This document shows, piece by piece, positions 36,629 to 45,281 of a stretch of DNA of 64,000 bases (the stretch's first letter is position 1; every line of letters starts with the position of its first letter). The stretch is from an uncultured Actinomycetota bacterium (lineage in GTDB: Bacteria; Actinomycetota; Actinomycetes; Frankiales; Frankiaceae): assembly GCA_963711135.1 (NCBI GenBank), contig CAVQCZ010000005.1:163149-227148 (forward strand), given 5' to 3'. The notes under the pieces were generated by a model that was given only the letters and a program-made list of their open reading frames with translations, ran no database searches and had not been told where the DNA came from. The position numbers and the translations under genes were made by a program.

Positions 36629-37390
36629 ATGGCCGCATTCGAAGGACTCGATGTCGAGGCTGTCCAGGCGCAGGGTGCGCATCTGAAGGCCCAGGCGTCG
36701 CACCTCGACGGGATCATTCACGCTGTCTCAGCACTCGTGTCAAACGCCGACGCTGTATGGGCGGGCCATGATTCGACGGTGTTTGCCGGGGCGTGGCATC
36801 AGCAGCACCGCCCGGCACTCGTCGCTGCTTCCGCGGCGGTGGCCGGCCTTGGCCAGTCGGCCATCAACAACGCCACGGATCAAGCTACGACGAGCGCATC
36901 GAGTGGGTCCGGTCTTGCCGCCTCCGTCGCCCCGGGAAGCAGCTGGCAAGGTGGGAAAGATGCAGGGATCGCGGCTCTCGACGCCTTGGGCGTGTACGGA
37001 GCGGCGACGACGTTGCTGCCAAATCTGATGTCGAAGTTCCCAGGTATCGCTGGAAAACTGGATGTGGCCGGCCACATCGTCGATGACGCGAATTTGGGGG
37101 TCGACGGCTATCGGCTGGGTCAAGATGTCGCGGAAGGACACTACGTGCAGGCGGCCGGCGAGGGATATGACGCCGTCGCGGACGGGTTGAAAACCGCCCA
37201 CACTCCAGTGCCGTATCTCATCGGGGTGAACATGTCGGTGTGGAAATCCGTCTACCAGGACAGCCAGCAGGTCGACTGGTCGATGCCGATGCCCAATCCC
37301 TTGAGTGGCAGTAACTTCAAGGACATCTACGTGTCCGGAGCATGGTACGGGCTGAAGACCGGTGTCGGTCAGATTCTGGGGGACCTCTGA
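36629..37390 (+). CDS. WXG100-domain effector with an unknown C-terminal domain of about 150 aa (polymorphic-toxin-like T7SS substrate)
   Basis: The N-terminal 95 aa are paralogous to the small WXG100 protein: LDVEAVQAQGAHLKAQASHLDGIIHAVSALVSNADAVWAGHDSTVFAGAWHQQHRPAL...GLGQSAINNATDQA, with WAG as the WxG motif. A Ser/Gly linker follows, then a Gly/hydrophobic C-terminal domain. Confidence 0.75.
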   Translation: MAAFEGLDVEAVQAQGAHLKAQASHLDGIIHAVSALVSNADAVWAGHDSTVFAGAWHQQHRPALVAASAAVAGLGQSAINNATDQATTSASSGSGLAASVAPGSSWQGGKDAGIAALDALGVYGAATTLLPNLMSKFPGIAGKLDVAGHIVDDANLGVDGYRLGQDVAEGHYVQAAGEGYDAVADGLKTAHTPVPYLIGVNMSVWKSVYQDSQQVDWSMPMPNPLSGSNFKDIYVSGAWYGLKTGVGQILGDL

Positions 37391-37392
37391 TC

Positions 37393-38052
37393 GTGGACCC
37401 TGTGATGCATGCCGTGACGTTGACGGACGACGAGGTCGTTGCCGCCGCCATGGGTTTCGGCGTGGCTTGGCGCTCGCCGTTGCCGACCGTGGACAGTTCG
37501 TCCACGGTGGACCTGGCGGCCGCGGCTCGCCGGGGGTGGCGTTCCTTGACCGCGCGCGAACTTCTCGGGCAGCGGCGCGCTAGCGCGCGCGGCCTCGCTA
37601 CCCCACTCAGCGAATTGCTCGCTCCGGCATTCTCGCCTGCCACGCCGACGGTCATGTTCGTAGCCGACGACGTCAATGCCTGGCACTTGAACGAGCCGAC
37701 AATTGTGGGATATGAGCCTGCGCCAGGAACCGGGGAATGGCTTGTAGAGGCGGTGGATGCGACGGGTCTGCACTTTTTCGAACGGGGACTGCGCGCCGAC
37801 ACGCTTCAGCTGTTCCGCGCGACAGCGGACGCGGCCTATGAGCGGGGAGTCTCGACGATCGAGGATGGGGCCGAGATCAGCGACCGGCTATGGCTTTGCT
37901 TCGGCGGCCTGGCGCCAGACGGCGAAACGCTGAGGATCGCCAAGGGTAGATCCGAATGGATCTCCGTCACCGCCGGTGCAGACAGCCCGCGGTACGTCCG
38001 GTGCAGAGTCTGCCCGAGACGCTTGACGCGGCCTTCGCGCCGCATTCGGTGA
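37393..38052 (+). CDS. Immunity protein or EspG-like chaperone candidate for the upstream WXG effector
   Basis: The GTG start is 2 nt after the upstream stop. The N-terminus (AVTLTDDEVVAAAMGFGVAWRSPLPTV) is reminiscent of EspG-family N-termini. I saw no TM segment or signal peptide. Confidence 0.5.
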   Translation: MDPVMHAVTLTDDEVVAAAMGFGVAWRSPLPTVDSSSTVDLAAAARRGWRSLTARELLGQRRASARGLATPLSELLAPAFSPATPTVMFVADDVNAWHLNEPTIVGYEPAPGTGEWLVEAVDATGLHFFERGLRADTLQLFRATADAAYERGVSTIEDGAEISDRLWLCFGGLAPDGETLRIAKGRSEWISVTAGADSPRYVRCRVCPRRLTRPSRRIR

Positions 38053-38100
38053 CCGGCTAGCAGATCCCGCCCGTCAGACGGTGCGGCGCCGGAGCAGCGA

Positions 38101-38130
38101 GATCTGGGACGACCGAGGTCGTCCCAGATC
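38101..38130. terminator. Perfect 14-bp-stem hairpin between convergent genes
   Basis: The sequence is GATCTGGGACGACC-GA-GGTCGTCCCAGATC. It lies between the stop at 38052 (+) and the stop at 38137 (-). There is no U-tract, which is common in high-GC actinobacteria. Confidence 0.6.
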
Positions 38131-38136
38131 AGCTAC

Positions 38137-38409
38137 TCACTGACTCGAGACTCGTGCCTGTTCCTGCGCGTTGTTGATCGCCGACTGCCCAAGGCCGCGG
38201 ACGGCTTCTTCCGCGTTGTGCAGTGCAGGCTTGTGTTGGGTGTTCCACCAGTCCGCGAACTGCCGCGCGTCATTGCCCTGCCACACGGACTCCAGCTGGC
38301 GAACGATGCCGTCAACCGCGCTGATGACACCGTTGATGGCGTCTGCCTGGTGCTGCAGCTGGTGACCGAGACCGGTGACGGCCTCAACGTCCATTCCTAC
38401 CTGTGCCAT
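38137..38409 (-). CDS. WXG100-family (ESAT-6-like) protein; the only stand-alone copy in the window
   Basis: The protein is 90 aa: MAQVGMDVEAVTGLGHQLQHQADAINGVISAVDGIVRQLESVWQGNDARQF.... The WxG motif (WQG) lies at the centre of a helix-turn-helix-length protein. Confidence 0.9.
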   Translation of the reverse strand: MAQVGMDVEAVTGLGHQLQHQADAINGVISAVDGIVRQLESVWQGNDARQFADWWNTQHKPALHNAEEAVRGLGQSAINNAQEQARVSSQ

Positions 38410-38460
38410 TTTCTTTCTCCTTCACTTTCGTTGTGAGGCTTCAGATTTCAAACGTGCGTG

Positions 38461-41400
38461 TCATTCGAGGCCGACCGAACTGGCCGCCGTCATCACGATA
38501 GTGATGCGGACATCGTGGGGGAATGGGGAGAACTCCCCGGTTTTACTGCGGATGCCTGGCTCGTAGGCAGCGGAAGCTGGATCGTCGTCGTCGCTCCTCG
38601 GCGAACGAGAAAGCCGCGACCGGCCGGGAAATCGCCCCTTCGGCAGCGTGGGAAATCCGTCCTGAACACCGAGCCGTCGATCTGGTCGGGTTGCAGGCAG
38701 AAGCCGGCTTCGAGCAGACCTGGCCACCGTCAACAGCGGATAGCTGGAGTTGAACGCGCCCACCTCCCCCTCGCACAGCACCAGATGGCCCCGCCGCGCC
38801 GCCGTCTTGATGAGGTTCTGCAACGGCACGTCTGCGGCAGTGTTGAGGAAGTCCGGCAGTCCTTCGATGAAAAGGGTGACCGGTGCCGCTCCCGGCGCGT
38901 CGAGCTGAGGCAAGAGATTCGCGCAGAAGTCGGGGACTTCGTCGGCGCTGTCGATGTTCAGCGTCCAGCGGGCGAGCTCGGACAGGCTCGTCGGCACCGA
39001 ACCGATGCGGTAGGACGCCGTAGCGGGCCGACAGCGAGCGACGGATTCGACAAGCGCGGCAACGGCGCTGGTACGGCCACTTCCGGGAGGGCCGGTCACG
39101 ATGAAGACGCCCTCAGCCGAAAAGCCGACGGGCGCCAGCGTGACCGCAGATATGCCGAGCACGGGCTGTCCCTCGACGGCAAGCGGAAGTTCGCTGAGCT
39201 GGATGTGATCAGTGAGGCGCTGGATGGGCGGGGCGGGAGCCACATCGGCACGCCTCATGGCTGTCGACAGCCGGCGCATCGCTCTGGCTTGCGCATTGGG
39301 GTCCGGGTCGGTACCCAAGATCGCAACCTGCACTTCTGACTCGTCCAGCAAGCCGCGTCCTGGGGGAGAGGACGTCTTCAGCACATCCGATGGCAGGCCC
39401 GCGAGCGCGTAGTCGGCGTCGTCAGCCATCCGCAGTACCAGCCGGCGCTGAAGGCTCGACGCCAGAGCGGTCGGGACGGCGCCTGGCCGGTCGGCGGAGA
39501 GCACGACATGGATTCCTACCGGGCGACCGTCGGAGCAGATGCTGACGAACATGTCGAACAAGCGCGCGCGCTCGCCGGCGTCGTACGCCTGGCGGAACGC
39601 CGGCAGGCCGTCGACCAGGAGCAGTATTCGAGGCTCCTGAGGCTGTTTCGCCCGGGAGCGATAGTCGGTCACCGATCCCGCGTTCGCCGCGGAGTAGAGG
39701 GCGGCGCGCTCGTCCACCAAAGCGCGCAACCATCGCAGCAGGCGGGCGATGCGCTCGTCGTCGTTCCCCGAAATGATGCTGCCGACGTGTGGAAGCTCCT
39801 CGAGGAGAGAAAGGCCCCGGGAGCCGAAGTCGATGCCGTAGACGTGGCAGGGACCGCCGCGAACGGTGAAGCTTGCGGCGATGGCAATGGCCCGCAGCAT
39901 GGTGCTCTTTCCCGACCCACCGGTGCCGTAGACGGCGAGGTTGCCGTCACGGTCCGGGCGGAACGCGACGGTGGGTTGGGATTGGTTTTCCGGATCGTCG
40001 AGGAGGCCGAAGACCAGCTCGTCGTCGCGTCTGCGGGACGGAACCTGGGACTGGTTGGACAGGTCGTAAACCGTGCCGAGCTCGTTGAGCCAGGGCTTGC
40101 GCGGAACCGGTACTTCCGCTGATTCGCTCGCCTGCCTGATCGCACCCACAAGCCGTTGGATGTCGGTGGGGCCGAGGTCGGTGTGTACGGGTGCGCCGGC
40201 CGCGATCTCCCAAACCCGCCCGGAGCCGAACGTCAGCTCCTCGACCAGGATCTCGGGCGGCGGGGGTTCGGCCTTTGTCCAGCCGCCGACGTAGCCGGCT
40301 TGAAACGGCACCAGCCGGCCGGGTCCCGTCTTCGAGACCGAGCGTCCGGGCAGCGACGGGTCAAAGAACGCGGCCTGTGGCGAGCCGAGCACGTCAGTGC
40401 TGTCGTACTCGTCAGCCATGCGGAGCGCCAGGCGCAGGTTGGTGTTCGCCCGCAGCTTGTCCTTGATGACTCCGGCCGGCTGCTGAGTGGCGAGTATCAG
40501 GTGGAGCCCGAGTGAGCGTCCACGCTGGGCCACATTGACCACACCGTCGACGAATTCCGGGACCTCTTGCACCAGAGCTGCGAACTCGTCGACGACGATC
40601 ACCAGGCTGGGAGGCGCGTCGGTCTGGCCGAGCTTCTCCAAGCTCATGAGGTCTTTGGCCCCATGGGTGCTCAGCACCTTCTCGCGGTAGCGAAGTTCGG
40701 CGGAGAGCGAGGTCAGCGCCCGCCGTACCAAGTGGGGGCTCAGGTCGGTAACGAGACCCACGGTGTGGGGGAGTTCCACGCAATCCCGAAACGCCGACCC
40801 ACCCTTGTAATCGACCAGCAGGAAGGTCAACCGCTGCGGACTGTGAGCCGCCGCCATGGCCAGGATCCAGGTTTGCAGGAGCTCGCTCTTGCCTGATCCC
40901 GTCGTCCCGCCGACGAGCGCATGCGGACCGTCAGAGCGCAAATCGAGTGCATGCGGCTCGCCTGCCGCCTGCCCGATGACGGCGCGAAGAGTTCCCGCAT
41001 GGCGCACCGGCTCCGCAGGTGCCATCGGTCCGGTGAGGATGGAACGATTCTCGGTCCAGCGACCGAGCACGGAACCAGCGGTGGCGTCCAGCCGCGAGCC
41101 CGGCAGACCGAGCAGCGAGACGCTGCGGGGAAGGTCGCTGTCGTCGTCGATCCTGGCTCCGGCATCGACGATCGGCGAGAGCATTCGGGCCAGCAAGTTG
41201 GCGTCTGCGGCATCGACGAGATCGGGTGAGACGGGCTCTACAATCTCACCCGACTGGACGTAGCCGATCCGGGTGTTGGCGTTCTGCACGTTGCGGGCAT
41301 CGATGAACGTGCGGCAGGCCGCGGGAAGCAGACCGGGAGTCGGGGCGAGCCACACGACGAAAACCCCGTGCTTCCAACCGGTTTCGGCGAGCTCGACCAG

Positions 41401-42942
41401 GCGACTGTGATCGACCGGAGCATCCGCTTCGATCATTACGAGAGCCGCAGGCAGAAGGTCCGGAGCATCCGAGCCGGCCCGCTGCTGGATCACCGACTCT
41501 ATTTCCGAAATCAGCTTCACCGCATCGGGGGCCGTGCATGCCAGCTGGCGCGCCTCGATGGGGCTGTGCACAGAGGTCGTGTGCGGGAGCCATTTCAGCC
41601 AGTCCCAGTCGGCGGCGGATGCCGAAGACGCGAATCCGGTGATGACCAGCTCCGCGGGGGAGTGCAGGACCGCTGCCTGGCAGAGCACGGAACGTGCAGC
41701 CGCCAGCAAGGCGGGACGCGGTCCGGCTATGCCAAGTGCTCCATCTTCAGCAAGCCGGGCAACCACGGGGACGGAATCGACAAACGAAAACCGCTCGGTT
41801 GCGGCGATGGCTTCGTGCAGCAGCGCACGAGAACCGCGTGTGCCCGCTGGCAGCCGCACAGTGCTGCGCGACGCCTGACGGCCGAGCCCCAAGCGGATCT
41901 CGGCGAAGCCCGGCTCGCCCGGACGACGGGTCCAGAGCAGATCGGCATGGCGTGCGGCGGCGTCCAGGCAATCCCGGGAAGACGGGTGTTCCTGCAGCCG
42001 GGCGGCAACCTCAGCCACGCGCGCCTGCTCGGCTCGGTCGACCGTTTCCGCCAAGTCGGCCCTGAAGGCCTTGACCGCAGCGCGATGACCCGACCGGCCG
42101 GAGAGCCGGGATTCAACCGCGTTTCCGATCAGCATGAGCGGACTCAGTGCGATGAAGATCAGCGACGTTGCCGACTTGGTGATGAGGAAGAGCAGACCGC
42201 CGATCACCAGAGGGGCAATCAGTGGCACGAAGGGGAACCGCGATTGCTTAGGCGGGTCAGGCAGCTCCGGGACGTCGGATTCCAGTCCCTGGAATCGGGG
42301 CTCCAAGCGAGGAGGGCGTATCCAGAGGATGCTGGACTGGTCGCCGTCGGTGGCCGTGCGGGGCGCAGGTGCGGCCTTCAGCATCAGCTCCGAGTCGCCG
42401 GCAAGGACCCGATCTCCCACCCGGAGAACACACCGGGAGATGCTGTCCCCTCCGACCGATAGGCCGTTCGCAGAGCCGAGATCCGCGATCTCGACGTCGT
42501 TGGTGACGTTGAGCCGAGCATGCTGACGCGAGACAAGTGGATCGTTCAGCGTCACCTCGCAGTTGGGGTCTCGTCCGATGAGGCTGCTGCCGCGGGCAAG
42601 CCGGAATTCCTTGCCGGTGTCCGGTCCAGCCGTTACCGCAAGCACCGCGACCCCTACCGCTTCCGGGTCTTGGTAGCGGTTCCCCTCGCGGCTGAGCGTG
42701 ACCGTAGCGCCCGAGCGCAGTCCGCTTTCGCCGAGCGGAAGCCGGGGATCAAGCGCCCGGGTGTCGCGGCTCACGACCGCGAGGGTCGCCCGTTCGTCGC
42801 GGATGAGGCTGCTGCCGGTGTCTGCAGTGTCGGCGGTGCTCAGGAACCTCGCGAGGTCGCCGACTGTGGCTCGGGCATCGGCCGTCACGAGGAGATCGAC
42901 GGTGCTCCCGCCGGAGCGCTGAAGCGTGAATTTGAGTTTCAC
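38461..42942 (-). CDS. eccC: T7SS FtsK/SpoIIIE-family ATPase (EssC/EccC-like) with N-terminal ubiquitin-like and FHA domains; 3' end apparently frameshifted
   Basis: Three P-loops are present: GGTTGSGKSE, GTGGSGKST and GPPGSGRTS. The N-terminus (KFTLQRSGGSTVDLLVTADARATVGDLARFL...GLRSGATVTL) looks YukD/Ubl-like. The FHA domain reads LIGRDPNCEVTLNDPLVSRQHARL...GSANGLSVGG. Two TM helices follow. After about 38710, the family-typical tail (AGFCLQPDQIDGSVFRTDFPRCRRGDFPAGRGFLVRRGATTTIQL) lies in the +1 frame. The corrected stop would then be at 38493-38495. Confidence 0.85.
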   Translation of the reverse strand: MKLKFTLQRSGGSTVDLLVTADARATVGDLARFLSTADTADTGSSLIRDERATLAVVSRDTRALDPRLPLGESGLRSGATVTLSREGNRYQDPEAVGVAVLAVTAGPDTGKEFRLARGSSLIGRDPNCEVTLNDPLVSRQHARLNVTNDVEIADLGSANGLSVGGDSISRCVLRVGDRVLAGDSELMLKAAPAPRTATDGDQSSILWIRPPRLEPRFQGLESDVPELPDPPKQSRFPFVPLIAPLVIGGLLFLITKSATSLIFIALSPLMLIGNAVESRLSGRSGHRAAVKAFRADLAETVDRAEQARVAEVAARLQEHPSSRDCLDAAARHADLLWTRRPGEPGFAEIRLGLGRQASRSTVRLPAGTRGSRALLHEAIAATERFSFVDSVPVVARLAEDGALGIAGPRPALLAAARSVLCQAAVLHSPAELVITGFASSASAADWDWLKWLPHTTSVHSPIEARQLACTAPDAVKLISEIESVIQQRAGSDAPDLLPAALVMIEADAPVDHSRLVELAETGWKHGVFVVWLAPTPGLLPAACRTFIDARNVQNANTRIGYVQSGEIVEPVSPDLVDAADANLLARMLSPIVDAGARIDDDSDLPRSVSLLGLPGSRLDATAGSVLGRWTENRSILTGPMAPAEPVRHAGTLRAVIGQAAGEPHALDLRSDGPHALVGGTTGSGKSELLQTWILAMAAAHSPQRLTFLLVDYKGGSAFRDCVELPHTVGLVTDLSPHLVRRALTSLSAELRYREKVLSTHGAKDLMSLEKLGQTDAPPSLVIVVDEFAALVQEVPEFVDGVVNVAQRGRSLGLHLILATQQPAGVIKDKLRANTNLRLALRMADEYDSTDVLGSPQAAFFDPSLPGRSVSKTGPGRLVPFQAGYVGGWTKAEPPPPEILVEELTFGSGRVWEIAAGAPVHTDLGPTDIQRLVGAIRQASESAEVPVPRKPWLNELGTVYDLSNQSQVPSRRRDDELVFGLLDDPENQSQPTVAFRPDRDGNLAVYGTGGSGKSTMLRAIAIAASFTVRGGPCHVYGIDFGSRGLSLLEELPHVGSIISGNDDERIARLLRWLRALVDERAALYSAANAGSVTDYRSRAKQPQEPRILLLVDGLPAFRQAYDAGERARLFDMFVSICSDGRPVGIHVVLSADRPGAVPTALASSLQRRLVLRMADDADYALAGLPSDVLKTSSPPGRGLLDESEVQVAILGTDPDPNAQARAMRRLSTAMRRADVAPAPPIQRLTDHIQLSELPLAVEGQPVLGISAVTLAPVGFSAEGVFIVTGPPGSGRTSAVAALVESVARCRPATASYRIGSVPTSLSELARWTLNIDSADEVPDFCANLLPQLDAPGAAPVTLFIEGLPDFLNTAADVPLQNLIKTAARRGHLVLCEGEVGAFNSSYPLLTVARSARSRLLPATRPDRRLGVQDGFPTLPKGRFPGRSRLSRSPRSDDDDPASAAYEPGIRSKTGEFSPFPHDVRITIVMTAASSVGLE
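38525..38538 (-). promoter_or_regulatory. Palindrome GGGGAG-TT-CTCCCC (read on the minus strand), copy 1 of 3
   Basis: The plus strand reads GAATGGGGAGAACTCCCCGG. It lies about 115 nt upstream of the WXG100 start, inside the 3' end of the ATPase gene. Confidence 0.5.
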
Positions 42943-45281
42943 GACGGAGTGTCCGTGAGTGAGGCCGCCGTCAGGTTAGGCGGAAGCAGGGATCGCAAGC
43001 TGAGGGCGGTGCGGATCCGTTGCCGGCGGCTGAGCGAATCTGTCATGGTGCGTCGAGTCTTGTCGACCATGCTCCAGTACTCAGCAGCCGCTTCCGGTGA
43101 CAGCGCATCCGGACCGAAAATGCGCGCGTCCGCGGCGATCGCCAGCGGGCGGACATCGTGCTCACCGATCGCCGAGGCCTGCTCGCGCCGGGTCCGCCCA
43201 CTGGGAACGGCGAAGCCAAGGTCGCGCGCCAGGTCCACAATCTCGTGCCAGCCCCGTGCGATGCGCGTTTGGGCGGTGCCCCGCTGACGTCGTCGTGACC
43301 GTCGCCGCGCCTTCGTGCCGACGACCACACCGACGAAAAGCAATACGGCGAGGATCGGAGGGCCGCCCCACTGAGCAGCAGTCACAAGGAAATGCGGAAT
43401 ACGAAACCCGGCGCCGGCTTGCTTCTTGTGATTGGGGCTGGAGTGCAGCGAGCTGGTGTCGGCCGTTGCGGCGGTGTCGAGGGTGCTCGGCGGCCGCGTT
43501 GGATTCGGCGGTGGCACGATCGAGGCGGTCGCGTCAGACACCTTCTGCGGAGGCTGTTTCGTCGGCTTCTTCGACTGCGGGGGCATGAACTTCGTCTGGG
43601 GCACCGCAACCCACCTGCCGTCACCAAGGTGCATCTCGACCCAAGCGTGGACGTCACGACCTTTGATCACGCCGTTGGCCTCGGGAGTGGCTCCGAGTAC
43701 GACCCGGGTCGGCATCCCGAGATCGTTGGCCAGCAGCGCGAACGCGGCCGCGTACTGCTCGTCGTCGCCGACAATCTGCGTCGAGTTCAGAAAGGACGTG
43801 AGGCGCCCTACGCTGTGTCCGGGCAGGTACTGGCCTTCGCCCTTCCCGCCATCGCTGTAGAAACCCGCAGTGTGCAAGTGCGTTGCCACCGCCTGCACTT
43901 CAGCCCAGACGTCACCGGTCTTCCCGGCCCATTGCGCGGCGCGATTGGCGACGAAACTGGTAACCGACGACTGGAGGGCTGGTTGGCCGTACGGGCGCAA
44001 TTGCTGCGGCGCCTTGGTATCCAGCACCGTGTGCAGCGTGTACGTGTCGCCGGCCTTGAGCTGATCCGTGACCACTCCAGCGGAAGTCGCGAGGTTGTAG
44101 CGGAAGCTGGCGGCATGGCTGGTGCTGTCTGCGCCGGAGAAGCTCACGGAACGCAGGCTGCCCGCCTCCGGAACCCAGGCGTTGGCGTCAGAGATGGCCG
44201 CATACCCCGGCGCGATGGTGATTTCTACTGCCGTCGATGGGCCATTCGACTCCGCGGGTATCCGGGTGCCGACCTTCTGGAAAGAGTCTTCAGGCTCGTT
44301 GGAGCTGACCAGGCTTCCTGAGCTGGCACCCCAGACCGAGCCGTTGTAGCTGTCGAGTACGGCGAAGCGTAGGGGCTGCCCTGCGGGTAGGCCGTGCACC
44401 GTCAGAAGTTGCTGGTCGTAGAGCAGCTTGGCGTCTTTCGTGTACTTGCGGAAGCCGACCAGTGGGCTCGCGTAGGTGCTCAAGTCCAGCGGAGGCTGAA
44501 CATAAGCCCGCACCACAACCCGTTTGTGGGTCGACACTCCAGGCAGATGCGGCCCCACAAAGGCCGCGAGCGGCGCGGTTATGGCCAGCAGCGCGACAGC
44601 CGTCACGGCGCGGCTGCGCTGCCGGCTTCCGTTCTGCACCAGCGGATTGATGCGCTGAGACCGGACAGCCGCCCACCCGATCGCAACGGCAGCGAAGCCC
44701 AAACCCTGAACCCAGCGCGCGGCGGGCTGGGCCGTCCCGAGCAGGATCACGACCGATAGGAGCGCGATCGGTGCGAGCAGCGGCGTGACGGCGTTGCGCA
44801 ACCGCCGGGCCATCGTCATGCCGATGGCTCCGCAGGCGAGACCGAGCAGGTACGGCAGGACGAGCAGCGGCCCGCTCCCGTCGACCGGAGGCAACGTGGT
44901 CACCAGCTGCTTCCAGCCGTTGACACTCACCGACGCCAAATGCTTTACGGCACTCGCAGTGGGAAGCACCCCGATGGCGGTCTGGGTCCGCAGCGCGATG
45001 GCGCCTCCGAGCAAGAAGAACGTCAGAACGGTGACGACGGCAATGGCGATGATCGGCTGCCGGAGCACGTTGGCGAAATGGCCGATGAGCAGACCTAAGA
45101 CGAGTCCAGCCACGCCGACGAGAAGGTAGGACTGGCCGGTGTACGTCGTACGGAAGCCCAGCAGGGCAACGACCGACAGGACTGCCAGAAAGCCGGCGTC
45201 CTGCGCGTCGGCACGCGTGACCCGCCAGTGAATGCGACGGACCTCGCGACCGGCACCGGGCGAAAAAACAGCGCTACTCAT
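42939..45281 (-). CDS. Polytopic transglutaminase-like membrane protein (TgpA-like)
   Basis: About six N-terminal TM helices are visible. The core reads QIVGDDEQYAAAFALLANDLGMPTRVVLG...DVHAWVEMHLGDGRWVAV. A late TM segment and a basic tail follow. Start and stop overlap the neighbouring genes (GTGA at 42939-42942, ATGA at 45278-45281). Confidence 0.75.
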   Translation of the reverse strand: MSSAVFSPGAGREVRRIHWRVTRADAQDAGFLAVLSVVALLGFRTTYTGQSYLLVGVAGLVLGLLIGHFANVLRQPIIAIAVVTVLTFFLLGGAIALRTQTAIGVLPTASAVKHLASVSVNGWKQLVTTLPPVDGSGPLLVLPYLLGLACGAIGMTMARRLRNAVTPLLAPIALLSVVILLGTAQPAARWVQGLGFAAVAIGWAAVRSQRINPLVQNGSRQRSRAVTAVALLAITAPLAAFVGPHLPGVSTHKRVVVRAYVQPPLDLSTYASPLVGFRKYTKDAKLLYDQQLLTVHGLPAGQPLRFAVLDSYNGSVWGASSGSLVSSNEPEDSFQKVGTRIPAESNGPSTAVEITIAPGYAAISDANAWVPEAGSLRSVSFSGADSTSHAASFRYNLATSAGVVTDQLKAGDTYTLHTVLDTKAPQQLRPYGQPALQSSVTSFVANRAAQWAGKTGDVWAEVQAVATHLHTAGFYSDGGKGEGQYLPGHSVGRLTSFLNSTQIVGDDEQYAAAFALLANDLGMPTRVVLGATPEANGVIKGRDVHAWVEMHLGDGRWVAVPQTKFMPPQSKKPTKQPPQKVSDATASIVPPPNPTRPPSTLDTAATADTSSLHSSPNHKKQAGAGFRIPHFLVTAAQWGGPPILAVLLFVGVVVGTKARRRSRRRQRGTAQTRIARGWHEIVDLARDLGFAVPSGRTRREQASAIGEHDVRPLAIAADARIFGPDALSPEAAAEYWSMVDKTRRTMTDSLSRRQRIRTALSLRSLLPPNLTAASLTDTPS

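Noticed and set aside
40774-40786. A fourth partial match, GGGGAGTTCCAC, to the locus palindrome
   Set aside because: Only the left arm matches, there is no inverted right arm, and it lies deep inside the ATPase coding region.
41368-42462. 364-aa plus-strand ORF
   Set aside because: It is antisense to the ATPase gene. It is Arg/Gly-rich, as is typical of high-GC shadow ORFs.
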